43,761 bases of DNA from a virus (IMGVR_UViG_3300048901_000044:1-43761), one strand, 5' to 3'. Counted from the first letter of the stretch, positions 27,677 through 36,880 are shown. The notes: a model not told the origin generated them from the letters alone. Numbers and translations are program-made.

Positions 27677-30087
27677 TGAATCCCCGCCGGGGCTCCCATG
27701 GGTGGGGGGCCCGACCGGTTGCCTGTCTGGTCGGCGCTGTGTTTACTGATCGGACTGGTCCGGGGGGCCATGCCTTCATGCTCGCCCTGCGCCGGGGTCG
27801 CCACGGGGGGCTCAAGGGCTGGGACCGGGGCCCCGCCAATCACCGGGGGGCCGTTGGGGGGCAGTTGGCCGCCCATGCCGTGGCTGACGACGGCCTGCTG
27901 GAACGCGGAATACTGCAAGGCCGCCTGCACCGGGGTCAGGCCACCCATGGATTGGTCGGGTTGGTCCAAGGACTTGTACCCGGCCTCGCGGAGAATCGCA
28001 AGGTAGATGGGGATATTGGGGTTCCGCACATCCAAGGCCACCGGGTCCAGACGAATGGTGACACTGGCCGGGTCGGGACCCTTTTCGGGCGGCTGCTTGT
28101 TGATAAGCTGCTGGGGGTCCATGTTCCACTCCTCCGCGATCTGTTCAAGGAGGTAGTTCGCATTGACGTTGGGGTCCTTGCGTAGGAGTTCATAGACCTT
28201 CATCACCCGCTGCTGCTGCTGGCTCTGGTCCACGCGAATCGAGCTGTCGGGGTTGATCCGGTAGACAAACTCCCCGGCGATGGTCTGCTTGTTCCACGGG
28301 ACCATGCGCTTCTGCTGGTCCGGGCCCACGATCTCGATGAACGAGGTGTCGGTGGAGAAGCGTTGAATCAGCGCCCCGAGCTTGCGGACCCCTTGGACGA
28401 AGTACCGCAGCATCTGCCTGCGTTCCTTGTCCAGCCGCGTGGTCGCCCACTCGTCAATCTTGCTGATCTCGGTCGCGGTAATCGAGCTGTCCGACTCCTG
28501 CCCCCGCTGATTCCGCCCCATGGCCCACAGCTCGCCCATGTCGGCGTCCAGAATCTCGTTGAAGGTGAAGTTCTCCCGGGGGTACACGGTCGGGTCCACG
28601 CGACCAAAGGGCGGGTTATTGGGGTCCCATGAGGGGAGCACAATCCAGCCGTTGTTGACGTTGGCCTTGAGCTTCTGCAGCCCCGGGTTACCACCGATAC
28701 GGCCTAAGTCCACCACCCGCATGGGCATGTTCCGGTCCCGCTGCTGGACCATTTGCGTGCGGCCCTTGTTCAGCTCCTCGTTCAGGACACGCCCGATGGT
28801 CGGCTCTGAGGGTGGGAAGGCGGAATCTGAGAGGTACCTGAGGGCCCCGATGTGGATCGGGTTGCCCTTGACGCCCATGACGAACTTGCCCCGGGGGTCA
28901 ATGGTCTGATAGGGGCTGTCCTTGTGGACGAGTGGCTGGTCGTGGCCGTCGAGCAGCACCAGCACCCGGAACCGCTCCGGGTCGGACACGGCCGCATCGA
29001 AGTAGGCGGCCCGGTACCAGATTTCGGTGTAGGACACCTTCTCATCACTCGCCCGGGGCTGCAGGGCAGTATCGTCCGACTTGATGCGGATCTCGTCCTG
29101 CTGCTGCTTGGTCTTGGGCGGCTCGTCCAGTGTCAGGTGGTACCGGTTCTTGAGGATCGGCCAGCACTCCTCCATCCGGTACCCCAGCCACGGGGCCTTG
29201 TCGTACACGCTGCCGCTGAAGGTGTCGGGAATCAGGACCGCCGCCGGGCTGATGCGCTCCCAGAAGTACCGTTCCCGCACAATGTTCGGCACCATCATGG
29301 GCGGGGCGGGAGGGGCCATGGGCGGCGGCTGTGTAGGCCCGAGGCCCAGTATCTGCCCGGGCAACGGGGCCCCGCCAGTCGCGGAGGGCTGCTCGTGGTC
29401 CGGGGGCGGGGGCATGGCTCCCGGGGCTGACTGGCCCATGGGAGCGACCGCCCCGGTCTCAGGAGGAGGCCCACCCGGCATCCCACCGGGAGCACCCGCT
29501 GAGAACGGTAAGACATTCCCGCCGTCCATCCCTTCTGCCGAAGGTACTGGCGGCGGTAGGGTCCCAGTTCCGGGGGCTACACCAAGGGGAGGACCGGGAT
29601 AGGCCCCTCCTGAGTCGAGGGGTACTTGTTCGCTCGGGGCGAAGGCCTCGTACCCGATTTTGGAGACCATGATGCCGCTGGGGCACAGGGCGTCAAAGCC
29701 GACCTCATTCATCACGGCGAGCGCGTCTACTTCGTCTTCGGAGAGGAAGTGGTTGAGGACGCGCTGGAAGATGATAGTGGCGTCGGCTAACTGGTCCAGC
29801 TTGGCTTTGAGGTGGACCTCAGGGGTCTGGAAAAAGAGCTGAGCGCCCTTCTGTTCAACGAAAGAAAAATCCCGAGGGACGACCACCCGGTCTTCCGAGT
29901 CCGTACCGGCGACCAGCGGCAGGGTGCGGGCTTTGTATGATTGGAGGTTCCGGTCCCAGTCCCGGTCCTTGTGGCTTTTGACGAGTTCGGCGGCGGCTTC
30001 GACGCGCTTCTTCCACTGCTGGAAGGAGTTGTACCCCTCCTCGGGCAGTGGCAGGACATCGTGCTGCGGCAGGGACTCGTCAGCCAT
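27673..30087 (-). CDS. Portal protein
   Basis: 804 aa directly after TerL; G.MVSKIGY, ERISP and TATE motifs; Pro/Gly-rich insert. Confidence 0.8.
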   Translation of the reverse strand: MADESLPQHDVLPLPEEGYNSFQQWKKRVEAAAELVKSHKDRDWDRNLQSYKARTLPLVAGTDSEDRVVVPRDFSFVEQKGAQLFFQTPEVHLKAKLDQLADATIIFQRVLNHFLSEDEVDALAVMNEVGFDALCPSGIMVSKIGYEAFAPSEQVPLDSGGAYPGPPLGVAPGTGTLPPPVPSAEGMDGGNVLPFSAGAPGGMPGGPPPETGAVAPMGQSAPGAMPPPPDHEQPSATGGAPLPGQILGLGPTQPPPMAPPAPPMMVPNIVRERYFWERISPAAVLIPDTFSGSVYDKAPWLGYRMEECWPILKNRYHLTLDEPPKTKQQQDEIRIKSDDTALQPRASDEKVSYTEIWYRAAYFDAAVSDPERFRVLVLLDGHDQPLVHKDSPYQTIDPRGKFVMGVKGNPIHIGALRYLSDSAFPPSEPTIGRVLNEELNKGRTQMVQQRDRNMPMRVVDLGRIGGNPGLQKLKANVNNGWIVLPSWDPNNPPFGRVDPTVYPRENFTFNEILDADMGELWAMGRNQRGQESDSSITATEISKIDEWATTRLDKERRQMLRYFVQGVRKLGALIQRFSTDTSFIEIVGPDQQKRMVPWNKQTIAGEFVYRINPDSSIRVDQSQQQQRVMKVYELLRKDPNVNANYLLEQIAEEWNMDPQQLINKQPPEKGPDPASVTIRLDPVALDVRNPNIPIYLAILREAGYKSLDQPDQSMGGLTPVQAALQYSAFQQAVVSHGMGGQLPPNGPPVIGGAPVPALEPPVATPAQGEHEGMAPRTSPISKHSADQTGNRSGPPPMGAPAGIQ

Positions 30088-30101
30088 AAGTCGGACACCA
30101 C

Positions 30102-31733
30102 CTACCGAAAGATCGTGTTACTGGACCCGATTTTGTCGCTGGCAGACGCTTGGTTCAGCAGGTCCTGCAGCAAGGCTCCCGCCGAGTCGGGAGCGTACAG
30201 CAGTTTCTGACTGGTGTCAAATGGCGACGGCCGGGACATCACCAAGTAGCGCAGGGCATCGGCGGCATGGTCCTCCCCGGTCGTGTCGATGTCCTCCAGC
30301 TTGGCCTCGTCCTGCATGAGCTGGGGCAGGGTGCGAATCAGGTATTCGCAGTCGGGACTAATAATGAGGGCCGCCTGTGGCTTGGGCTTGCCGGTGGTGG
30401 GGTCGGGCAGCAGCATGGGACGGAGCCAGTCACGGACTCGTTGCCAGCCGTTCAGGCGCTCGTGCTTGGCGGGGCTCACGTACCAGCCTTCCTTCTGCAT
30501 GGTCTCAAACAGGTCCTCGCCACTTTCGGCCTGTCGAATTGCCATGGCCGGGTCACCCACGGCTTGGCTCACGGTCCAGCCCCAGATACGAGTCAGGGCC
30601 ACGGCGTACTGGGCGACCAACCTGATGAGTGTTTCGCGGAAGACGTACTCCCGCTCGATATACAACCGGCCGTCCGGTAGGGGTACCGCCCAGAGAATCA
30701 CCCCGGGCCGTAAGTAGCCCCAGTCCATGCCGCAGATGCGCGGGATGTCCGGGGGGACCCAGATCCGGGCCACATGCCGGTGCCTACGGAACTCCTTGAA
30801 GTACTGCCCCGGGAACAGGTCCCACCGGCCCCACCGGTAGGCCTCGCGCATCTCGGGCGGCAGCTCCATCAGGAACTCGACATAGTTCGCACTGACGAAC
30901 GGGTTATCGTCCAGCAGGGCCTTGATGAAGTGGTGCTGCTTGGGGTCGTAGGTGGGGTACTGCTTGGGGTCACGGACCTTGTCGATGAACAGCTCCGAGA
31001 CCCACGCTGATCCGGGGCCGCCGGGGTTGGTAGTCGCCACGACCATGGGGCTCCAGCCCTCCATGACCACGCCGCTCCGGGCCCGGCTACTAATCAGCAG
31101 GTACATGTCTTCAAGGAATGTGACCAACTCATCGAACAGGATCAGGTCATACTCGGTGGAGAGGAAGTCCTCCATGTCCTTCTTCTCGTGGCAGTGGCCG
31201 AACTTGAGCACGGACCCGGTATCGGCAAAGACCACGGTACGGAGGGTGGGGGTACACTTCGCCCCAATCAGGGGAGCCTCTCGGATCGCCTCCTTGATGT
31301 GGGTGGCTTCCAGCTCGGGCCAGCTACGTCGCAGCAGGAGGACGTTGAAGTTCTTGAACCTCATGCAGCAGATGTAGGCCAGCCAGCGGAGGAACTTGCT
31401 CTTACCCCCGCCTGCGGCCCCGCCGTACAGCAGCCGCCGGTACTGCTGACTGAACACAGCCTCTAGGGCCTCGGTCTGACGCGGGAGGGGCAGGAACAGC
31501 AGCTTCTGCTGACCGCCCTTGGCCTTCCCCAGCAGGCAGAACTTGAGCTGCCGGTCCAAGCACTGGGGTGTGCCACAGACCCACGCCATGGTCCCATGGA
31601 TGGTCGCCTGCAGCAGGTCATTGCCACACCAACAACACGTCGGGTGCGGCTCCCACGAGGCCGGGGCGGCTTGGGCCTCCTCGGCTTCCACCGCCTCCCA
31701 ACTGAGGGCTTGTATGGCAGGGCTCGTGTTCAC
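30102..31733 (-). CDS. terL: Terminase large subunit
   Basis: Walker A GGAAGGGKS, Walker B ILFDE, TTNPGG, nuclease GMDWG and DHAADALRY. Confidence 0.95.
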   Translation of the reverse strand: MNTSPAIQALSWEAVEAEEAQAAPASWEPHPTCCWCGNDLLQATIHGTMAWVCGTPQCLDRQLKFCLLGKAKGGQQKLLFLPLPRQTEALEAVFSQQYRRLLYGGAAGGGKSKFLRWLAYICCMRFKNFNVLLLRRSWPELEATHIKEAIREAPLIGAKCTPTLRTVVFADTGSVLKFGHCHEKKDMEDFLSTEYDLILFDELVTFLEDMYLLISSRARSGVVMEGWSPMVVATTNPGGPGSAWVSELFIDKVRDPKQYPTYDPKQHHFIKALLDDNPFVSANYVEFLMELPPEMREAYRWGRWDLFPGQYFKEFRRHRHVARIWVPPDIPRICGMDWGYLRPGVILWAVPLPDGRLYIEREYVFRETLIRLVAQYAVALTRIWGWTVSQAVGDPAMAIRQAESGEDLFETMQKEGWYVSPAKHERLNGWQRVRDWLRPMLLPDPTTGKPKPQAALIISPDCEYLIRTLPQLMQDEAKLEDIDTTGEDHAADALRYLVMSRPSPFDTSQKLLYAPDSAGALLQDLLNQASASDKIGSSNTIFR

Positions 31734-31739
31734 GGGGCG

Positions 31740-32210
31740 CTAATCATCCCACAGATCGGCCTTGGTTTTGTCAATAATGCCGTCGCCCTTGATCCCGGCC
31801 TGCTTGCGCCACTGGGCCAGTATCTTGTCCCGGCAGCGAACCCTGAGGGACACACGCGACTCGCGCCGTGTTTGGGCACTGGACTTGTACCCTTCCTGCT
31901 CCATCGCTCGCCGCCGCATCCGCTCAATCACCCGGTCACTCTCGGTCGGCGCATCCCCGGTCGGGTGCCGGTGGAACGTCCCGAACCGTTCAAAGTGGGC
32001 ATCCATACCGTGGGCCCGATGGGTCCAGCGCATCAGCAGCTCCCGCAACCACTTCCGCTGCCCCGGAGCCCAGTGCCGCTTCGGGTCGTCCAGACATTCC
32101 TGAATGTGAACCACGTAGTTCCGCGCCCGGTCCCGTTCCACCGGGTTGTGCCGGGCAGCCAAGCAAATGGGGCTCGGGTCCAGCGGGTCACCCCCGCCCT
32201 TGGGAATCAC
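31740..32210 (-). CDS. Hypothetical basic protein
   Basis: GTGA coupling to the upstream ORF. Confidence 0.55.
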   Translation of the reverse strand: MIPKGGGDPLDPSPICLAARHNPVERDRARNYVVHIQECLDDPKRHWAPGQRKWLRELLMRWTHRAHGMDAHFERFGTFHRHPTGDAPTESDRVIERMRRRAMEQEGYKSSAQTRRESRVSLRVRCRDKILAQWRKQAGIKGDGIIDKTKADLWDD

Positions 32211-32569
32211 TTGCCCTCCGCGACTTTCTTGAGCAGCTCCGCGATCTGCTCGTCGGTGAAGTTCGGAATCACCTGATCCGGCATCTTCTCAAACGCCGGG
32301 ATGTTCAGCGGCACATACTTCGGCGGCCCACTCACAATCTTCGGCTTGGCATACGCTGCCTCCACCGCCTCCACCGGGGGCAGCCCCAAGTCGGCATCCA
32401 CGTCCTCCTCTAGCTTCAGCAACGTCCTGACGGCGTCCTCCACTATTTCGGAGCCGTTGTACCGCCCCACCTCCCGCTCCAGCCGAATCAGCTTAATCCG
32501 CTGAATCATCGCCCTCACGCTCAGCGGCATCAGAAACGCCATCTGAACACGGTCCTTCGATTTCGACAT
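32207..32569 (-). CDS. Putative ribbon-helix-helix DNA-binding protein
   Basis: RVQMAFLMP strand followed by two helices (SEIVEDAVR); GGAGG RBS. Confidence 0.5.
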   Translation of the reverse strand: MSKSKDRVQMAFLMPLSVRAMIQRIKLIRLEREVGRYNGSEIVEDAVRTLLKLEEDVDADLGLPPVEAVEAAYAKPKIVSGPPKYVPLNIPAFEKMPDQVIPNFTDEQIAELLKKVAEGK

Positions 32570-32584
32570 ACACCCTCCACACTC

Positions 32585-32613
32585 AGCCTACTTCACCCTC
32601 TCCACCCTGTCAA
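32585..32613 (-). promoter_or_regulatory. Sigma70-type promoter for the packaging/structural operon
   Basis: TTGACA-17 bp-TAGGCT on the minus strand. Confidence 0.7.
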
Positions 32614-32692
32614 TACCCCTCTCCGCTTCTCTCTCTTTATAAAGCTCCATGTAGGGCCGGTTAATTCCTAATACCACCAAACATTTACCCTG

Positions 32693-32724
32693 TGACTAAA
32701 TGACTATATGACTAAGTGACTAGG
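32693..32724. repeat. 4 x 8-bp tandem repeat TGACTAnn
   Basis: TGACTAAA TGACTATA TGACTAAG TGACTAGG in an AT-rich tract. Confidence 0.85.
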
Positions 32725-32754
32725 AAGCTACTCAAATTAAGGGCAGAAAATCAG

Positions 32755-33468
32755 GTACCTAACTCCGCCCACGCTAATCCCGCTCAAATGGAGGGCAGAA
32801 CTGCGGTACCGCCCGCCCTCGGTACCTCGCCCGCCCGGTACCCGGATTCCGCCGCCCAAGGCACTCGGCTCGGTACACGGGCAGGGCGATGACGTGGCGG
32901 TACATGTACCGGCTAACTCGCCCACCTAAGTCGCGGTACCGGGGGCGCACTAACTCGGTACCGGGCGGTGCTCGCTGCGCGAACACGCGGTACCTCGGCC
33001 CTCCATTTGATCGGCCCAACGCATTTGATCGGTACCGGCATGTACCGGCTCTCATAGCGTTGAAAAAATTGAGCGGGGCGACTACCCCGGCTGAGGCCGG
33101 GGCCCCGGGGGGCGGATTCGGCCGCCCGGGTACGCCGGTACCGACCGGGTACTGACGCAAAGTGGGGTAGGTACTAGCCCAGAGTGGGCTACTTCGTAGC
33201 CTGTACTGGGCTATGTACATGGCCTGTACTGGGCTAGGTACCGGGGGATTCTGCCCTGTACCTGCCCGGGAATGGCCTTGGGCGATTGTACGCTCGGAGC
33301 AGGTACGCCCGGAGGCAGTACGCGCGAGGGGCTATAGGGAGGCCGGGAGGTGTCCCGGGGGGGCTCAGGGGTACCGGGGCAGGCCCACAGGCCCGGGCTC
33401 AGGGGGTTAGTACCATGGACGGTCAGCCCCGGGCAGGTCCTGACCGTCGATGGGCCAGTAGCCGGTAC
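32755..33468. repeat. Dense GTAC / GGTACC cluster in non-coding DNA
   Basis: 27 GTAC counted by hand in about 715 bp. Confidence 0.9.
33175..33236. repeat. Three 17-bp quasi-palindromes TRGCCY-N5-GGGCTA
   Basis: Copies start at 33175, 33197 and 33220. A related site lies at 37911-37928. Confidence 0.75.
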
Positions 33469-33642
33469 GGGCTGGGTCACGGCTGGCTGTCAGGCCGTAG
33501 CCCAAGCTGGGTCTGGCAGTAATTTAGTGGGCCGAGTAGCCAGAAGCAGGTCATTGGTCTGGCATGGCGTGTGCGCTATTGATGATGTCAAAAACGCCCG
33601 TATTCATTGGGTTTTTTCGCGGTCCCCGGGCGTAGAGGCCGG

Positions 33643-33695
33643 TTATCCACAGGATTTGCACAGCTTTTCCACAGCGTTTCAACAGCTTATCAACA
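33643..33695 (+). promoter_or_regulatory. Array of five DnaA-box-like 9-mers at an 11-bp period
   Basis: TTATCCACA gg ATTTGCACA gc TTTTCCACA gc GTTTCAACA gc TTATCAACA. Confidence 0.8.
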
Positions 33696-33804
33696 GGGCC
33701 AGCAGGCCTCTGGCGGGGCCTCTACGGCACGCTGGGAGGATTATGGCCCCTTGCCCTGCCCTTACCCCTGATCGTTGAACCTAGACAAAATGCGGTGAAA
33801 TTGG

Positions 33805-34287
33805 TTACTCGGTCTCTGGCTCGATTTTTTGGGCCTCGATGACCTGTAATGGGCTACTGACCGGGAGGGTAGCCGGTTTAGGTTGTAGGGTCAGGATCTG
33901 CACGTCATTAGATGTTACGCCAATCTGGACTATCAGCGTAGGGGCTGAGGCCTCAGGGTCTATGGCGTGGACGGCTGTCAGCAGGTCCCGCATGGGCCGA
34001 TGGTCGCCCTTGTCAGCAGCAGGGCCCATGGACCGGACCCATTGGGTAGCAGCCTGCTCAGCACTACGGGCCAGAATGGTCTGGGCCTGCTGGGCCATGC
34101 TGGCGTGGAGCCCGTCCCGGAAGCTATCGAAGTCTGAGCCCTTGAGCAGGCTAGCTACTCGGTACCGGGGCAGGCCGGTCTCGTCCGCCAAACTTTTGAC
34201 GGTCGCCGTGTCCTCAGTCAGGTAACGGAACCTGAGCAGGGCTACTTGGGACGGGGTCAGCATGGGGGGTTCAGGCTTGGTAGGCAT
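33805..34287 (-). CDS. Putative terminase small subunit (HTH)
   Basis: HTH-like TVKSLADETGLPRYRVASLL, a helical core and a C-terminal beta strand. Same strand as, and upstream of, TerL. Confidence 0.5.
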   Translation of the reverse strand: MPTKPEPPMLTPSQVALLRFRYLTEDTATVKSLADETGLPRYRVASLLKGSDFDSFRDGLHASMAQQAQTILARSAEQAATQWVRSMGPAADKGDHRPMRDLLTAVHAIDPEASAPTLIVQIGVTSNDVQILTLQPKPATLPVSSPLQVIEAQKIEPETE

Positions 34288-34295
34288 AGCCCGGA

Positions 34296-34361
34296 ATGGT
34301 ACTGGTACTTTTGCCAGCTTGTCAAGGTCCCGGCTGGCCTGTAAGCTTACGGAGTAAGCTT
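34296..34361. promoter_or_regulatory. Back-to-back sigma70 promoters with an inverted repeat
   Basis: Plus: TTGTCA(34319)-17-TAAGCT(34342). Minus: TTGACA(34325-34320)-18-TACCAT. Inverted repeat AAGCTTAC-gga-GTAAGCTT at 34343-34361. Confidence 0.65.
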
Positions 34362-34392
34362 CGCTGAACCGGCCCCACAGGGCCACAGGAGA

Positions 34393-36324
34393 ATGATGAT
34401 GGATACACCGCAGACACAAAAGGCCAAGGGCATTGCGACCTTGCAGCAGGCTGGGCACTTGTCCCAGCAGTACGCTAAGGTCGCCCTGACCCTGCAGCAG
34501 GCCCTGCTGCACTTCAGCAGCCTGAGCGGGGGCAAGGTGTTCGCACGGCCCTGCCCCATTACCCCCCGGCATGGGTTCGTGGATAGCCGGGAGGTGAAAA
34601 CGACCAAGGACGTGGAGACCATTTGGGCTGAGACCAAGGCGGCTGACCCCCAAGGGGAATTGATCCTCATGCCGTTTATCCCGGCCAGTCATTCTATTGT
34701 CTGGCGTCCCGGGCTGCTCTCAGTCGGTCCCGGCCATGATGGGGCCACAGCAGGGCACGATTCGATCAGCGTGTTCCTACAGCGTGACTATGCCCAGTCG
34801 TGGGCCAGCTTGGCCGTTAAGGCTGGCGTGGACCTGACCAAGGGTGACCCGTTTATTGAGGCCGTGTCCGGTCAGGGTCAGTCAACCGTCCTGACCCAAG
34901 TCAGGGGAGGGGTCAAGGGGACGCCAACGGAGCCTGACTGGGTCCCGGTGCCCATGGTCGTGGGCAAGGTCGTCATGTTGGACCCAGCCGCCAAAGAGGA
35001 TAGCGGGGCCATGCTGGCATGGGAGACTGACGTTAAGAAGCTGGACCCCGTGACAACCATCGTCTACAACCCGGGAGGGAACATGGGGGACCATTGGTCG
35101 GTCCATGCCCAGATTGCTAAGGTGGCCGTGGCTACGACATTCCTGCCCGTCGTGGGCCAGTCCCTGCCGAAAATGGGTCAGGACCCCGTCCCGATGGACG
35201 CCCAAGCGGTTATCTTTGGCTACTTGGGGGGCCTGCTGGGGCCCAGCCTGCTGCCCACGCTCAACCGGTCCCGGGCTGCAGCCTGTGCCATTCTCGGCAG
35301 TCACCATGGCCTCAGGATGGGCAAGGACGCGGGGCAATTCCTTGGGACGAGCGTAGCCATGATGCTCCGTCTGGGCCAAGCTGCCGTGTGGGGGGAGGCC
35401 CGTCACAAGGGCCCCAGCCCCAAGCCTGACCGTCAGCAGGTCTTCAGCCAGATCCTTGACGACTACATCAAGGGCCGTAAGGGGTTCAAGGCCAAGGCCC
35501 GTTTGTTCTGGGAATGCACTTGGGCCGGGGGCTACGGGGGCAAGAACTGGGGGGCCTGTGCTGAGGCCCTGATGGACCTTGAGAACCATATGCTGGCCCT
35601 GATCCACGGTCAGGCTGGCGTGACCCCTGAGACCGTCGTGGGCCAGTTAACCCGCGTTGTCAACCTTGCCCACAATAACGGATGGTGGTTGGACAAGTTT
35701 ACGACCAAGGCCACATTTGATCAGGCTGCTCAGGGTGACCCCAGAGTGGCTATCGAAGCTGGCCCCATTTGGTACGATGCAACCTTGGTCTCAGTCGCCA
35801 GCCGTGCGAAGCTGTTCGACTGGCTCCGGTCAGCAGGCCCGATGGACTTCTCCGACATCAAGGGATTCAAGGCCGGGGCCATTATCGGCAAGGCCGCGCC
35901 CAAGGTGTTTGTGGCCCTGACCGATGGGAACAGTACTGAGGCCGTGTCAGGGGTCTCACAAGCTACGGGCTCCACGTACTACAGCAAGCCTGCTTATGCG
36001 GGTTACTGCAAACAGAACACCCTGCCAGCCGTGACCATGCATGGGAACGTGAACCCGGGGTTCATGGTGACTGAGGCCCAGACCAAGGTTCTGACCAACG
36101 GGCATTTGCACTTGCAGCTTGCCGGGGCCAACAAGCAGTATGTGTCAGGGACCGTGACCAAGGTTCGCAAGACGGCTCTGGCTGCCATTACGGCCCTGCC
36201 TCAGGGTGACAGCTTTGCCGGGACGAGCAGCCAGTACTACAAGCTGACCGTGACCAAGGCCAGTGACACGGCCGTTGTCGTCATGGCCGGTCAGGAATTG
36301 ATTCTCGTGGCGGAAGTGAAGTAA
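34393..36324 (+). CDS. PEP-synthase/PPDK-like dikinase: ATP-grasp domain, phospho-His swivel domain and an unknown C-terminal domain
   Basis: QKAKGI, FARPCP..RHGFVDS, LILMPFI, VGPGHDGATAG, PFIEAV and LTQVRG follow the order of PPDK_N motifs. IVYNPGGNMGDHWSVHAQIAKVAV matches the His-domain consensus. Confidence 0.65.
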   Translation: MMMDTPQTQKAKGIATLQQAGHLSQQYAKVALTLQQALLHFSSLSGGKVFARPCPITPRHGFVDSREVKTTKDVETIWAETKAADPQGELILMPFIPASHSIVWRPGLLSVGPGHDGATAGHDSISVFLQRDYAQSWASLAVKAGVDLTKGDPFIEAVSGQGQSTVLTQVRGGVKGTPTEPDWVPVPMVVGKVVMLDPAAKEDSGAMLAWETDVKKLDPVTTIVYNPGGNMGDHWSVHAQIAKVAVATTFLPVVGQSLPKMGQDPVPMDAQAVIFGYLGGLLGPSLLPTLNRSRAAACAILGSHHGLRMGKDAGQFLGTSVAMMLRLGQAAVWGEARHKGPSPKPDRQQVFSQILDDYIKGRKGFKAKARLFWECTWAGGYGGKNWGACAEALMDLENHMLALIHGQAGVTPETVVGQLTRVVNLAHNNGWWLDKFTTKATFDQAAQGDPRVAIEAGPIWYDATLVSVASRAKLFDWLRSAGPMDFSDIKGFKAGAIIGKAAPKVFVALTDGNSTEAVSGVSQATGSTYYSKPAYAGYCKQNTLPAVTMHGNVNPGFMVTEAQTKVLTNGHLHLQLAGANKQYVSGTVTKVRKTALAAITALPQGDSFAGTSSQYYKLTVTKASDTAVVVMAGQELILVAEVK

Positions 36325-36349
36325 ACTCTAGGCCAGTCATAGGAGATAG

Positions 36350-36880
36350 ATGATGGATACCAAAACCGCAGAGACCGTGACCCAAGTCGTGGGAACCCTG
36401 CAGCAGGCCAGCAAGCCGGTCACCATGGGTGACTGGCAGGCCATTCTGGCTGCAGCCGTCGTGACCCAGCCCCCAGCCGTCAAGGCCAAAGTGACCAAGG
36501 TCGTCAAGGCTACGGCCAAGGCCCTGAACCTGCCCGTAGCCTCAGCCCCGGCCCCGGCCCCGGTTGTGGCCCCTGTGGCCCCCAAGGCCCCGGCTATGGG
36601 CCCTGTGGAGCCCGATACCATTACCCTGCCCCTGCAGCTAGCCGCTAAGGTCATGGCCCCCATTACCGGTCAAGGGGGCTGGCAGTCACTGCAGGCCGTG
36701 CTGCAGGCTGGCTGCAAGTTTGGGTCTGACGGGGTCTATACCCTGACCATGGCCCCGGCTACCATCAGCAAGCTGGCAACCTACGGGACCAAGTTTGGGG
36801 GAGGGGGCTATCAGGGCACCATCCGATGGATTCTGACCTGTTACGTGGATCAGGTTGTCGTCAAGGTGCTGGGCCTGTAG
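36350..36880 (+). CDS. Hypothetical early protein with a duplicated GxGG[WY]Q motif
   Basis: AGGAG RBS; GQGGWQ and GGGGYQ. Confidence 0.65.
   Translation: MMDTKTAETVTQVVGTLQQASKPVTMGDWQAILAAAVVTQPPAVKAKVTKVVKATAKALNLPVASAPAPAPVVAPVAPKAPAMGPVEPDTITLPLQLAAKVMAPITGQGGWQSLQAVLQAGCKFGSDGVYTLTMAPATISKLATYGTKFGGGGYQGTIRWILTCYVDQVVVKVLGL

Noticed and set aside
32755-33468. CRISPR array or coding ORFs in the GTAC region
   Set aside because: The repeats are only 4-6 nt with irregular spacing. The ORFs there are low-complexity products of the motif and lack an RBS.
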